Source: Octopus sinensis
Lineage: Eukaryota
Reading direction: 5' to 3'
DNA length: 64,000 nucleotides
Assembly: GCF_006345805.1 (NCBI RefSeq)
Contig: NC_042999.1
Coordinates: 49,910,001-49,974,000 of the forward strand
Part shown: in pieces, positions 38,384-51,247 of the stretch
How positions within the stretch are numbered: the first letter of the stretch is position 1
Layout of the letters: each line of letters opens with the position of its first letter
The notes under the pieces: generated by a model
Database searches by the model: none
Told to the model about the DNA's origin: nothing
Seen by the model: only the letters and a program-made list of their open reading frames with translations
Program-made: the position numbers and the translations under genes

Positions 38384-41300
38384 CCTTTCTACTATAGGCA
38401 CAAGGCCTGAAATTTTGGAAGCAGAGGCTTGTCAATTACAATGATCTCCAGTGCATAACTGGTACTTATTTCGAGAACCCTGAAAGGATGAAAGGCAAAG
38501 TCGACCTCAGCGGAATTTGAACTCAGAACATAGCAACAGACAAAATACCACGAAGCATTTTTCCCAGCAAGCTAACAATTCTGCCAGTTCACCATCTCAT
38601 ACACATAATATTAATAATAATAAAAGGACCATTTGAGTGGGATGAGTTACTCGACCAGAAGAAAATTCTAATTGGGCCCCACCTGCAAGGTCATGTGCTG
38701 TTTATCTTGATATGAGATCATCATGTCGCACACATATGGCTGTGATGCATGTGCCTAGTGTACCCTTATCAGACGGATAGTCATGATGGGTATACTGAGC
38801 TTCATATATTTTACCACAGTGTCACTTTGATGGCATGCACTGCTCTCTCACTCAATAATAATAACAATAATAATGATAATAATCCTTTCTACTATAGATA
38901 TATAGATATATGGCCTGAAATTTAGGCAGATGGGGATAGTCAGCTACATCAACCCCAGTACTCAACTGGTATTTATTTCATTGACCCCAAAAGGATAAAA
39001 GCAAAATTGACCTGGGAAGAATTTAAGCTCAGAATGTTAAAATGGAAAAAATTCTGCACAGCATTTTATACAGTATGCTAACAATTCTGTTAGCTTGCTA
39101 CCTTTCACCTACACATTGTATTACTAATCTTTAACTGGCTTCATTCACATTGCAATTTGCTTTGATTCTTACACATCGTTCTGAAGAGTATTTATTAAGC
39201 TGTTTGGCATCTCTTAGATGTCATTTTGATCAAATAAAGAAAAAAAAAAATCCTTTATCTCTATATTGGTTGTGTATTGAATACATTCTATATAACAGTG
39301 GATATTTCTATTTCAACAGATTTTTTTCACATCGTTACTATATTCAATATATGCATTCACACACATTTATTTATATACATGTATTTGCATACACACATAC
39401 AAACACATATAATTATATGTGTGTGTTTGTGTGTACTTATTCTTTGTGGGCCTGGCACTTATTCTGATGGTCTCTTTTGCTGAACCACTAAGGGGACATA
39501 AACAGGCCAGTATCAGTCGCCAAGTGATGGTGGGGGGACAAGCACAGACACAAACACACACACACACGTGCAGGTGGCACATAAAAAGCACCATCTGAGC
39601 CTGGCTGTTGCCAGTACCGCCTGACTGGCCCTTATGCCAGTGGCACGTAATAGCACCCACTACACTCTCAGAGTGGTCGGTGTTAGGAAGAGCATCCAGC
39701 TGTAGAAACTCTGTGAGATCAGATTGGGGTCTGGTGCAGCCATCTGGTTTGCCAGACCTCATTCAAATCGTCCAACCCATGCTAGCATGGAAAGGGACGT
39801 TAAACGATGATGATGATGATGATGATAAAAAAAAGCTGGCCCTCCATTGATTATTACAACGAGGGCTACAGTTGATCTGGTCGACAGAACAACTTTCTTG
39901 TGAAACTAACGTACAAGGGACTAAACACTCCACAGACACATGGACCCTTAACGTAGTTCTCAGTGTGACACAGAATGTGACAATGCTGGCCCTTTGAAAT
40001 GCAAGTATTACTTACTGCTGCCAGCTGAATGGACCTGGAGTAACATGAAATAAAGTGTTTGGCTCAAGGACAAAATGCATCGCCAGGAATTGAACTCATG
40101 ATCTTGCGATCATGAGCCAAATACCCTAACCACTAAGCCAAGTGCCTTCACACACACACACACACACACGAACACACACATGCATGTGTGCATAAATGGA
40201 TGTATGTATTTTCTACAGAAATTGTTGACTATAATTAGATATAACTGATCTGTCTATTCACTTCCATTTTTTAGGAAAAGAAAAACACAGAATACAAGAA
40301 AAAAAGAAAAAAAAAACAACAAAAGAAAACTAAAGCAAAAATATCACTTGCACTTTGAATAATACTGTAAAGAAATAGCACAGTTCATTCTTTGAAAGGC
40401 TAAATATAAATACTTCCTTGACAATATATTGTTTATCTTATAACTTTTACTTGTTTCAGTTAGAAGACAGTGGCCATGCTGGGGCACCACCTGGAAGAAT
40501 TCTACTCAAAGGAATCAAACTATGTAATCATTATTTCTTTCTTTTGCAGTTTTTGTCTTTGAAGCCTGGCACTTATTCCATTGGTCACTTTTGCTGAACT
40601 GCTAAGTTACAGGGACATAAACACAATAACGCCATTTGTTAAGCAGTGGTGGTAGACATCCTCGGACACAAAGACACACACACACACACACACACACATA
40701 CACACAAAGGGCTTCTTTCACTTTCTGTCTACAATATGCACTCACATTATTTTGGTCGGTCCTGAGGCTATAGTTGAAGACATTTGCACAAGATGCCACA
40801 CAATGGGATTGATCTTGCAAGCCTGTGGTTGGGAACCAAACTTCATACTACACAGTCATGCCTCCACCTATATGTGGACACATTAGTAATTAAAGAAAGA
40901 TGTTATAGAAACAAGAATATCCTCAATTTTCAGCTTTGATATTATTCTACAAATAATATTGATCGGTTACATAAGCATAAGGTGAGTCTAATACATACAT
41001 ATATCACCGTGATCACTGTGACTGACCAGGCTATCAGATGTTGCTACACATCGCTGGTCACAATGCGCTTTGCATTGTTTTAGCCTTCAAATGATGCCAC
41101 CCCGCTGGCTAAGCAAACAGGCCAACAGAAGTGTGGCGAAAGAGTACAGCAGGGATCGCCACCACCCCCTGTCAGAGCCTCATGGAGCTTTAGGAGTTTT
41201 TGCTCATTAAACACTCACAACGCCTGGTCTAGGAATCAAAACCAAAATCCTACGACTACAAGTCAGCTGCCCTAACCACTGGGCCATTGCTCGTCCACAC

Positions 41301-41849
41301 ACACATATATAAGTAGCTATTTAAACCTTGGGTATGCACCTGGTGGCATGCCAATTAAAGCACGTTCACCGTCTGTGGCTACCTGATATCACCCAGAGTA
41401 TTGAAATAAATCCTAGTCGATCCACCTCAGGAATTCCTCGGAGTCTGTTGAGCATGTAACAAAAGAGAGAAACAGAAAGGGGAATTCACAAGGTTGTTTA
41501 TTAATAACGAATCTCATGAATTCTAGTCTCTGTTTCTTTCATTTGTTATATAATAGCTTTTGTAAGGCGATGAACTGGCAGAAATGCTAGCACGCCAGGC
41601 GAAATGCTTAGCGGCATTCTGTCTCCAGCAAGGTCGACTTTGCCTTTCATCCTTTCAGGGTCGATAAATTAAGTACCAGTTGCATACTGGGGTCGATCTA
41701 ATCGACTGGCCCCCTCCCTAAAAATTTAGGTCCTTGTACCTAGAGGAGAAAAGAATATCTTTTGCGTACAAACATATGCATGACTACTGTTATGATTAGC
41801 GCTCTACATAGATTATCACTGACCAGTCTACTTCGAGTGTAATTATGAA

Positions 41850-42200
41850 GTACAGAACAAATGTAGGAAAAATTACAATAGCCACATGCTTATATTATTT
41901 GTCTCTATCTACATTTCACCACTGTGGTGTAAAACGAAGTGTACCAATCATTATTGGAATCTATAATGTGGGTGAAGAAGCTGAAGGTCACAAAGCTATT
42001 TTCCACAGGTATCTTCTTTCTCTTTGATTTTCAGGTGATGTTTACATTGGATGATGGAACATACTTATTCTTGTCTGTCACAAGCAAAAATATTTGGCTT
42101 ATTATTTTAGTTCTTGATGGAAGATTTGATGGGAATGTTCCACCAATGTTTCTAGCAATTATGTTTATATACATATTCAATAACAAGAATAATTTCTAGA
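41850..42200 (-). mobile_element. Probable restriction-like endonuclease remnant of the same R4/Dong-type element
   Basis: HWWNIPIKSSIKN*NNKPNIFACDRQE*VCSII resembles the LWWD.PI.T...NRPDI...DK..K.C.II motif. It is collinear and co-oriented with the RT fragment. Confidence 0.55.
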
Positions 42201-42869
42201 TTTATCCCAAGTAGCTTTTATTTTTATTTTTGATGGCATTGTATATTGTATTATCAGCAATGTTATGTAATATTGGGAAACATCATTTTAATGACATTTT
42301 GGAGCAGCTGCTAATCACACGTCTGATGTCTCACTTCAATCATGAATGACTATGGGATTACACCTAGAAAGTTCCCCTCCAAGTCAAAAGTCCAGACAAG
42401 GTTGTTTGTGGATGACCAGCTGTTACCCATGCATACCAGCTTCTCCTCACCATGCCACCGATGTTATCCAAGGAAAAGGCAAAGACTGATACAGCTTGGC
42501 ACCAGCAATGCCACAACTCATTTCTACAGCTGAGTGAACTGGAGCAACATGAAGTAAAGTGTTTTGCTCAAGGAAACAATGTGTCACCAGGAATTGAACT
42601 CACAACCTTACAATCATGAGCCAAATGCCTTACCACTAAGCCATGTGCCTTCAGAGTGTACTGGAGCAACAGGAAATAAAGTACCTTGCTCAAGAACACA
42701 GCACTCATCCTCGTCCGGGAATCAAACTCACTACCTTATGATTTTTTTGTGAGCCCGATGCTCTAACAACTAAGCCATCCACTTTCACATATGTCATCCT
42801 CAAAGCTCTAACACAACATTTTCAGTACATTTTAGAGTTCCAAGTGATACACTGTCTCTTTTATTTTAT

Positions 42870-43465
42870 TTCTTTATTGCCTACAAGGAGCTAAACATAG
42901 AGGGAACAAACGAGGACAGACAAAGTGGTTAAGTCAATTACATCGATCCCAGTGCGTAACTGGTACTTAATTTATCGACCCAGAAAGGATGAAAGGCAAA
43001 GTTGACCTCAGCGGAATTTGAACTCAGAACGTAAAGACAGACGAAATATCTATTTCTTTACTACCCACAAGGGGCTAAATACGGAGAGGACAAACAAGGA
43101 CAGACAAAGGGATTAAGTCGATTACATCGACCCCAGTGCGTAACTGGTACTTAATTTATCGACCCCGAAGGATGAAAGGCAAAGTCGACCTCGGTGGAAT
43201 TTGAACTCAGAACATAACAGCAGATGAAATACCTATTTCTTTATTACCCACAAGGGGCTAAACACAGAGGAGACAAACAAGGACAGACAAATGGATTAAG
43301 TCGATTATATCGACCCCAGTGCATAACTGGTACTTAATTTATCAACCCCGAAAGGACGAAAGGCAAAGTCGACCTCAGCGGAATTTGAACTCAGAATGTA
43401 ACGGCAGACGAAATACCGCTAAGCATTTCGACCGGCGTACTATTGTTTCTGCCAGCTCGCCGCCT
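42870..43465 (-). repeat. Family A SINE with three tandem body units
   Basis: One 5' head (43465) followed by three ~180-bp bodies. Junctions read aaagaaatag(g/a)tatttc(a/g)tctg. Confidence 0.85.
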
Positions 43466-43559
43466 TAATATACACTGTCTCTTTTGTTTATGAGGTGTTT
43501 TATAATAATCTCTTGTTCATGAATTGCGAAAATATAGCCTCCAAAGTGTGATGAGTCCA

Positions 43560-44690
43560 AACAGTCATGAGTCCAAAAAAAACTTCTTGTCATGCCAATA
43601 TTAGTGTTATTATTAGTCAGGATATCTATATTACTTTTGGTATGCTGAACATCTCACATCCAGGTTTTCTTAGACGCATGTTAGTCCGAATATTTTGGAA
43701 TTATGTGGGAATTTATTGAGAAGACATTACTTCTAGAGGATCTCACTGCTGACATATACAAACCAGCTCTCTTTGCATCTAAGCACTAAGTGTATATATT
43801 TATCTTTGTTACTGTTGTTTGCCCGATGCTGTCTGAGAGATACTATATGCTACTCAAAAACTACTTGCACTGATCTCAAGCCTCTACCTTCATCTGTTCT
43901 TAGGTAGAGCCTGTCAAAGGCGGCGAGCTGGAAGAAATGTTAGCACACCAGGTGAAATGCTTAGCGGTATTTCGTATACCGCTACGTTCTGAGTTCAAAT
44001 TCTGCCATGGTCAACTTTGCCTTTCATCCTTTCAGGGTCGATTAAATAAGTACCAGTTACGCGCGGGTGTCGATATAATCGACTTAATCCGTTTGTCTGT
44101 CCTTGTTTGTTCTCTCTGTGTTTAGCCCCTTGTGGGTAGTAAAGAAATAGGTATACTTAGTAAATGCAGGTAGAGCCTGTCAATATCACTGTTTCTGTGG
44201 AAGTTTCCAGTTAATGTCAAAATCATGTGAATTTTAACTTCTTTGGAGTGGATTTCTTCTACACACCAATTGAGTATCCTAAATATTGGTGTCAGAACTG
44301 GTCTTGCAAATGCATTGTTATATTTTGCTTTTCTGGCTGTGCCACTTTTATAAATCTGGCGAATATTCTCAGGTCACACTATTTTCATTCACAAAACCTT
44401 CATATAATGTTTTCATCAATGCATACATATTTGTAACATTGTGTAGATTTAGAGTGAATGTTGATGCATTAATGAGACTGATTTTCTAAATTCAGTAATC
44501 AAATATGAAGATTTCTTTTGGCCAAATTCCATTCCTGTATCAGCTGAAAGTGTTGTAGTTAAATCCAGCTATTTTTTTTTTTTTTTTGGCATCATAAACA
44601 TTTTCATTATTGATCTTCAGGTCATCCAGAAAGAAATTATGGGTTACATTAATATCTCCAGCAGTTATAGACCCCAGTATGTAGCATCAG
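43560..44690 (-). mobile_element. Decayed R4/Dong-type non-LTR retrotransposon, RT and thumb region
   Basis: Minus-strand translation VTHNFFLDDLK...LSADTGMEFGQKK...NAFARPVLTPIFRILNW...GNFHRNSDIDRLYL|RTDEGRGL. It is split by the SINE at 43918-44167. Confidence 0.8.
43918..44167 (+). mobile_element. Family A SINE with a 16-bp TSD and a 17-nt extra 3' tail
   Basis: TSD aggtagagcctgtcaa at 43902-43917 and 44168-44183. gtatacttagtaaatgc (44151-44167) lies between the SINE end and the TSD. Confidence 0.9.
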
Positions 44691-45263
44691 ATTTATTTGC
44701 ATGTATGCATGATGTGTGTGTAGGTATGTATGTGTGTGTACAAACATAAATGCCTAATGATGATAATATATATATATATATATATAAATGGTGGTGCCCC
44801 AGCATGGCCATAGCTCGTGAGCTGAAACTAAATAAAAAAAATAAAAATATATATTATAGGCATAGGAGTGGCTGTGTGGTAAGTAGCAAGTAGCTTGCTT
44901 ATGAACCACATGGTTCCGGGTTCAGTCCCACTGCATGGCACGTTGGGCAGGTGTCTTCTACTATAGCCTTGGGCCGACCAAAGCCTTGTAAGTGGACTTG
45001 GTAGATGGAAACTGAAAGAATCCCATCGTATATGTATATATATGTGTGAGTGTATATGTTTGTGTGTCTGCGTTTGTCCCCCCGACATCACTTGACAACC
45101 GATGAAGGTGCGTTTACATCCCTGTAACTTAGCGGTTCGGCAAAAGAGACCAATACAATAAGTACTAGGCTTCCAAAAAGAATAAGTCCTTGGGTCGATT
45201 TGCTTGACTAAAGGCGGTGCTCCAGCATGGCCACAGTCACATGACTGAAACAAGTAAAAGAGT

Positions 45264-45303
<40 letters not shown>

Positions 45304-45391
45304 AGGGGTAAAATATAATTAATTTAATAAAATTAATAAATTTCACCTAGTAGTTTTTTCGGTATGGAAATGACCATATTCGGTAAGGATT

Positions 45392-45558
45392 ATATATAAT
45401 TATGATAAAGGGTTAATTGCAACAAGTTGCTTAAACCACATACCGAAAATAATAGAAATAGCAGCCGTAATGGTAACCTATTTGGCTGCTATCTCTAATA
45501 TTTTCGGTATGTGGTTTAAGCAACTTGTTGCAATTAACCCTTTATTATAATTATATAT
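45392..45558. repeat. Inverted repeat, ~75-bp arms, 17-nt loop, flanked by (TA)n
   Basis: 45392-45466 versus 45484-45558, about 3 mismatches. Confidence 0.92.
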
Positions 45559-47369
45559 ATATATATATATATATATAACGTAGAGTAGATGAAACCTTAG
45601 CGACTGAAGAAGGGGTTTTTTCGTTGTGTTAACTGTCCTGTACTCCATTTTTTGTTGTTTTTAAAAAAAAGTCCTGTTCCTTTGGTTTGTGTCTATGTTT
45701 TCGTTTCTCTATGTGATTCGACGTCCCTTTGGTGTCCTATACTCATATATGCGTGTATATGTACATGTAGAGGTAGGTACGTACATATATGTTTATATAT
45801 ATGCATATGTTTTATTTCTTTTATTAATATATATATATATATGTATATATATATCACCATCTTTTTACATCCACTGTCTATGCTGGCATCCGTTGGATGG
45901 TTCCAGGGTCGACAAGCTGATTTGGCATGGTTTCTATGGCCGGATGCCCTTCTTAATGTCAGTTACTCCAAGAATGCAATGGGTGCTTTCACATGCCATC
46001 ACCATGGATGCCATTTACATGACATCGGTATCTGCTACAACTGTGATTTTGATCAGCTTGATAAATCTTCTTCTCAAGCACATGCAAGCTTCAGCATTAC
46101 ATATTCTAAAATTGGAATAATACACAAAAGACTACGATGGTCCTTGTACAAGGATAACATACAAACTTGTGAAGTGTTTTATATTTTTGACCTCAAGGCA
46201 GTGCCCCAGCATGGTCACAGTCTGATGACTGAAACAAGATAAAAGATGATGAAAATTGTAGAAATGCTGCTTGACAAAATTATTTTGCAGTATTTGAATC
46301 TGTGCCTATGTTCTTTTATGCCCAGAAGACTTTGCCTTTCTTCTTATCATGGTCAATAAAACTAGTACCACACAAAGTACTGCGGTCAATGCAATCAGCT
46401 TAATCACTTGCAGCAGAGCTCCAGCATAGATTCAGTCTAATGACTGAAAATGCTAAACAAATACTGATTGTAATCAGGCGATGTTTCCTTTTTCTTTTTG
46501 TTGCTTTGAAAATTTACCGTCTGTGCATCCAAACATGAAGGCTTTCTCTATTTATTCTGGTTGATTGTCATTTCATGTGTAGATATTATTCATGTTTAGA
46601 TTTAATCAAGCTGGGAGGGTATCAGCAAATAAATGAATAAAGAATGGATAATGGTGAGGAGGAGAGGAGAGAGTTAGAGAATGTGACGATGGTTAAGCAA
46701 GCTTACATTGTAAGATTGAAAGTACTGATATCAGCATCTAATTTCTTTGAATCAGTTTCACACTATACTTTGGGTCAAGATGGGATATCTTGCAGCGATA
46801 TACATTAAATTTTACTATTATATGCATAATCATCATGACCACCACCATTTAATGTCTGGTCTGTTTTCCATGCTGGTATGGGTTGCACAGTTTGACTGGA
46901 ACTGGTAAGCTGCAGACAAACAATTGTCTGTTTTGGCTTGGTGTCTATGGCTAGATGCCCTTCTTAATACAAATGGCTCAGGTGCCAGGGGAGGCTGGCA
47001 ACGGCCATGATCGGTTGATGCTTTTTACGTGCCACCAGCATGGAAGCCAGTCAAAGCAGCGCTGGCATCGGTCACGTTTGGATGGTGCTTTTTACATGCC
47101 ACCGGCATGGGTATCACAACTACAATTTCCATTTGATTTGTAGAGTGTAGTTGGTATCGTTTACATGTCACCAGCACAGGTGCTTTTTTAAGTGTCACCA
47201 GCACAAGTACCTTTCACATGTCACTGACACGAGTGCCTTTTATGTGTCACTGGCATGACATGTCTTCTCAAGCAAAGCAAATTGCCAGAAGTCTTGGTCA
47301 TTTGTCATTGCCTCCATGGGATTCAACCACTGAAGATCATATTTCATAACCTCGTCTCATTATCATTGT

Positions 47370-47530
47370 GATTAAATCTTGTTCTGATACACATTATATC
47401 TTGCTATGGTAAGCATTATGATTCGCTCTTGTTATGATATACATTATAATTAAATCTTGATATGACATACATTATTATTAAATCTTGATATGACATACAT
47501 TATTATTAAATCAGGCTATGATACACACTA
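47370..47530 (+). repeat. ~28-bp minisatellite
   Basis: Repeats of ttaaatcttgatatgacatacattatta with degenerate outer units. Confidence 0.7.
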
Positions 47531-47722
47531 TATCTTTTTTTATCATATACATCATGATTAAATCTTGCAATGATATAAATATATCGCTATGATATTTATG
47601 ATAGCACAATGATGTGCTATCCAACCCAGGCCAGCATGGAAAACAGATGTAAAATAATAATAATAATGATGATGAGGAGGAGGATGATGCATCACATACA
47701 TGCACACACACACACACACGCA

Positions 47723-47755
<33 letters not shown>

Positions 47756-47756
<1 letters not shown>

Positions 47757-47920
47757 TTTATTTAAAAGCAGCAGAAATATAACAAAAGCTGTTACTCAGA
47801 GTATCCCGTTCCCGTTTGTCAGACAATTTTGTTAAAATTTTTTACAAAACTGTCCAACAAACAGGAATGTGAAACTCTGAGTAACAGCTTTTGTTATATT
47901 TCTGCTGCTTTTAAATAAAG
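47756..47920. repeat. Inverted repeat (47-bp perfect outer arms, ~30-bp diverged inner arms) containing hammerhead relics on both strands
   Basis: 47756-47802 is the exact reverse complement of 47874-47920. The inner arms differ at about 7 of 30 positions. Confidence 0.9.
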
Positions 47921-50107
47921 CATATTATTCTACCTCTGGTATTTGAGTACTCTTTTTTCCACCTTGTTTCACATTTATGTGCTTACTCTGGTATATATAT
48001 ATCATCAACGTTCGCCTTCCATGCTAGCACTAAGAATGCAAGGAAAGGGAGCAGTCATTTAGCTCAGTGCCCTTCTACTCAATGGGTACTAATTTTATTT
48101 ACTATGTATATCTGTTATCATCATCATCGTTTAAGGTCCGTTTTCGATGCTAGCATGGGTTGGATGGTTTGACCAGGGTCTTGGAAGCCAGGTGGCTGTA
48201 CCAGGCTCCAGTCTGATCTGGCAGTGTTTCTACAGCTGGATGCCCATCCTAACACCAACCACTCCATGAGTGTAGTTGGTGCTTTTTACATGCCACCGGC
48301 ACAGGTGCCAGGGGAGGCTGGAAATGACCACGATTGAATGGTGCTTTTTACGTGCCACCGGCACGGAAGCCAGTCAAGGCAGCGCTGGCATCAGCCACGT
48401 TCAGATGGTGCTTTTTATGTACCACCGGCATGGGTATCACAACTACAATTTCCATTTGATTTTGATTTTGATGTTGATGTACTTGACTCAATGGTCTCCT
48501 CAAGCACAGCAGGTCACCCTACGATCCAAGGTAAGCTCAGCAGGCCGTCCTGCGATGGATGGGCTGGGGCTGCTATGTGAAGCTGGAGCAGGAAACACCG
48601 TTTTATTTGTTAAGGTGGTAAATTGGAAAAGTTACAAGTGCTAGTCAAATTTTTTTATGGTTTTGTTCTGGTTCATTACATTCTGAGTTCAAATTTCACA
48701 GAAGTCAAATTTGATTTTCTCATGGATAATAAAATAAAATACTGGTGAAGTGACAAGTGCAACCCTACCTACCATATCTCGGATGCTCTACTGGTTCAAA
48801 GGCAGTAGTGTTGAGACCATGCCTTTGTCTGCGGTGCCAGTACTTCACACTAGACAATATAGGGATTGCCATAAGCTAGAGAGCTGGCAGAATTGTTAGC
48901 ACACCAGGCAAAATGCTTGGTAGTATTTTGTCTAACTTTATATTCTGAGTTCAAATTCCATTGTGGTTGACTTTGCTATTCATCCTTTCAGGGTCAATAA
49001 AATGAGTACAAGTTGAGTACTGGGGTCAATGAGTACCGGTTGAGTATTTATCTCCCTCCTCAAAATTACTGGCCTTGTGCCAAAATTTAAAAACAATATA
49101 AGGGATTGCCTTGATTGCCTAGGGTGTTACAATCTGGAGACAAGAATTTATATTGCAGGACTGAGAGAGGTGGAGGGGGCACATATGGAAGGACTGGGCT
49201 ATAATGTTGACTACCCAAGTACTGGTCCTTTGTGATAATCATGACTGTATGGGCACCTAGAACTGTTATGGTACTCGTTGATGCCAAGTAACTGTTGTAA
49301 ACTCTTTCATCTTTCAGTTTCCATCTGCCAAATCCACTCACAAGGTTTTGGCTGGCCCAAGATTATAGTAGAAGACACTTTTCCAAGTTATCCTACAGTG
49401 GGACAGAACTCGGAACCATATGGTTGGAAAGCAAACTTCTTACCACACAGCCATACCTGCACCTTATATTCATTTTTTTGACCCAGAAGTATAAATAGTA
49501 AAGTTAATCTCAGCAGTGTTTGAACCCAGAATGCAAAAGAAATTAGCTGAATAATCCAAGGAATTTTATTAGACTTCATTCTGAATCTGCTAATCTATAA
49601 TCACACTTTACGTATCATATAATAAAGAAACACACTTTATATAAAGTGCATACATATCATGGATGCAGATTTTCAAATCTATGAACATTGTGAAAAATTT
49701 TACAGCACAAAATACATGGTCTGAGAGATTCAACACATGCTTTTTCATGTTTTAATCTATACAAACATAGAAAATTATAATGGTGAAGTAACAGAGCAAA
49801 ATATAGAGTGTCGTATGAATGCATGCATATGTGTGAATCAGTGTATATATGCATTTAAAAATGCAAGAATGCATGTTTTTACATAGGAGTGTACACAGAT
49901 GAATGCATGTTTGTGTGCGTGCACACAGATTTTGTTTATATGTTATGTACGTCTATGTATGTACATAGGTACGAGTGTATATATGTACACACCTACACAT
50001 GTTTGCGTATTTGTATAATATATTTATCCTTAAGGAACTGAACTCAATATACGCAGAAAAATAAAAATTGTTACATCAATCTGTATACACACTTCTGTAT
50101 ATGTATG

Positions 50108-50161
<54 letters not shown>

Positions 50162-50381
50162 TTCATACAAAATATTGGTATATAAATATGTATATGCAGG
50201 CATATGCATGTATGCATGCACATATGCTTACAGGCTTTCTAAAAACAGTTCTAAATATTAATATTCTGACACATGGATACATATGCACGAACATGCATGT
50301 TTACATGCATATATACACATACAATTGTACATTCATGTACACAAATAAATACAGATACATACATACATATCTATACACACA

Positions 50382-50427
<46 letters not shown>

Positions 50428-50517
50428 ATATATATTATATATATATATAGATAGATAGATAGATATATATAGTAAACATGCTTAAAATGCATAAACAAAA
50501 GCATTACATATATATAT

Positions 50518-50562
<45 letters not shown>

Positions 50563-51201
50563 TACACATGTGCTCACACTGGAACATGTGGTATAGATAT
50601 ATCAATAACTACACAACCACATCTGGATATAGCTATACATAACACACTTGCACACACACACACACACACACACATCTGTATATTGAATACTGAGAATGCT
50701 ATTTTTTTTTTCATTTTTGCAATACTTTAATTATGCCTAACTCACTCCATAGAGAAACATATTTTCAAAGTTCATCCTATATGAAAATGATAAAGATAGA
50801 AAACCATAAATAAATCACTAACCACATGCGCATTCTACCATCACCACCACCACTACCACCACCACCACCACCACCACTAACATCGTTTTTAGGGAAAAAC
50901 CTTATTTCTTATTAGCATTAACACTAACATCTTCTTGCCTGCAGTGTTAGTCAATGAGGAAGCCAATGATGGATTATTCATGAGCTCTTGGGAAAGAAGG
51001 TGGAGGGGGCGTCAGCGTCGGTGGTAGTGGTGGTGGTGGCGATGGTGGCGGTGGTGGTAATGGATGCAGGAGAAAGCATTTTGTATGGGTTTCTGAACCA
51101 AAGCATTTGATCTAGTTTACGTAGCAGGTAATCACATCTATGAGACGATAAGAAATCTGTAGAAAACTACTTGATTAATAGTTAGAGAGTTATATACATA
51201 G

Positions 51202-51247
<46 letters not shown>

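Noticed and set aside
45577-45660. CTGAAGA followed by aggggtttttt after a (TA)n run
   Set aside because: No downstream GAAA, stem III or cleavage triplet. At most a truncated pseudo-LTR fragment.
49090-49170. Good acceptor followed by SCNINSCLQIVTP, a candidate for the missing SCKES exon
   Set aside because: Poor residue match and an in-frame TAG before any donor.
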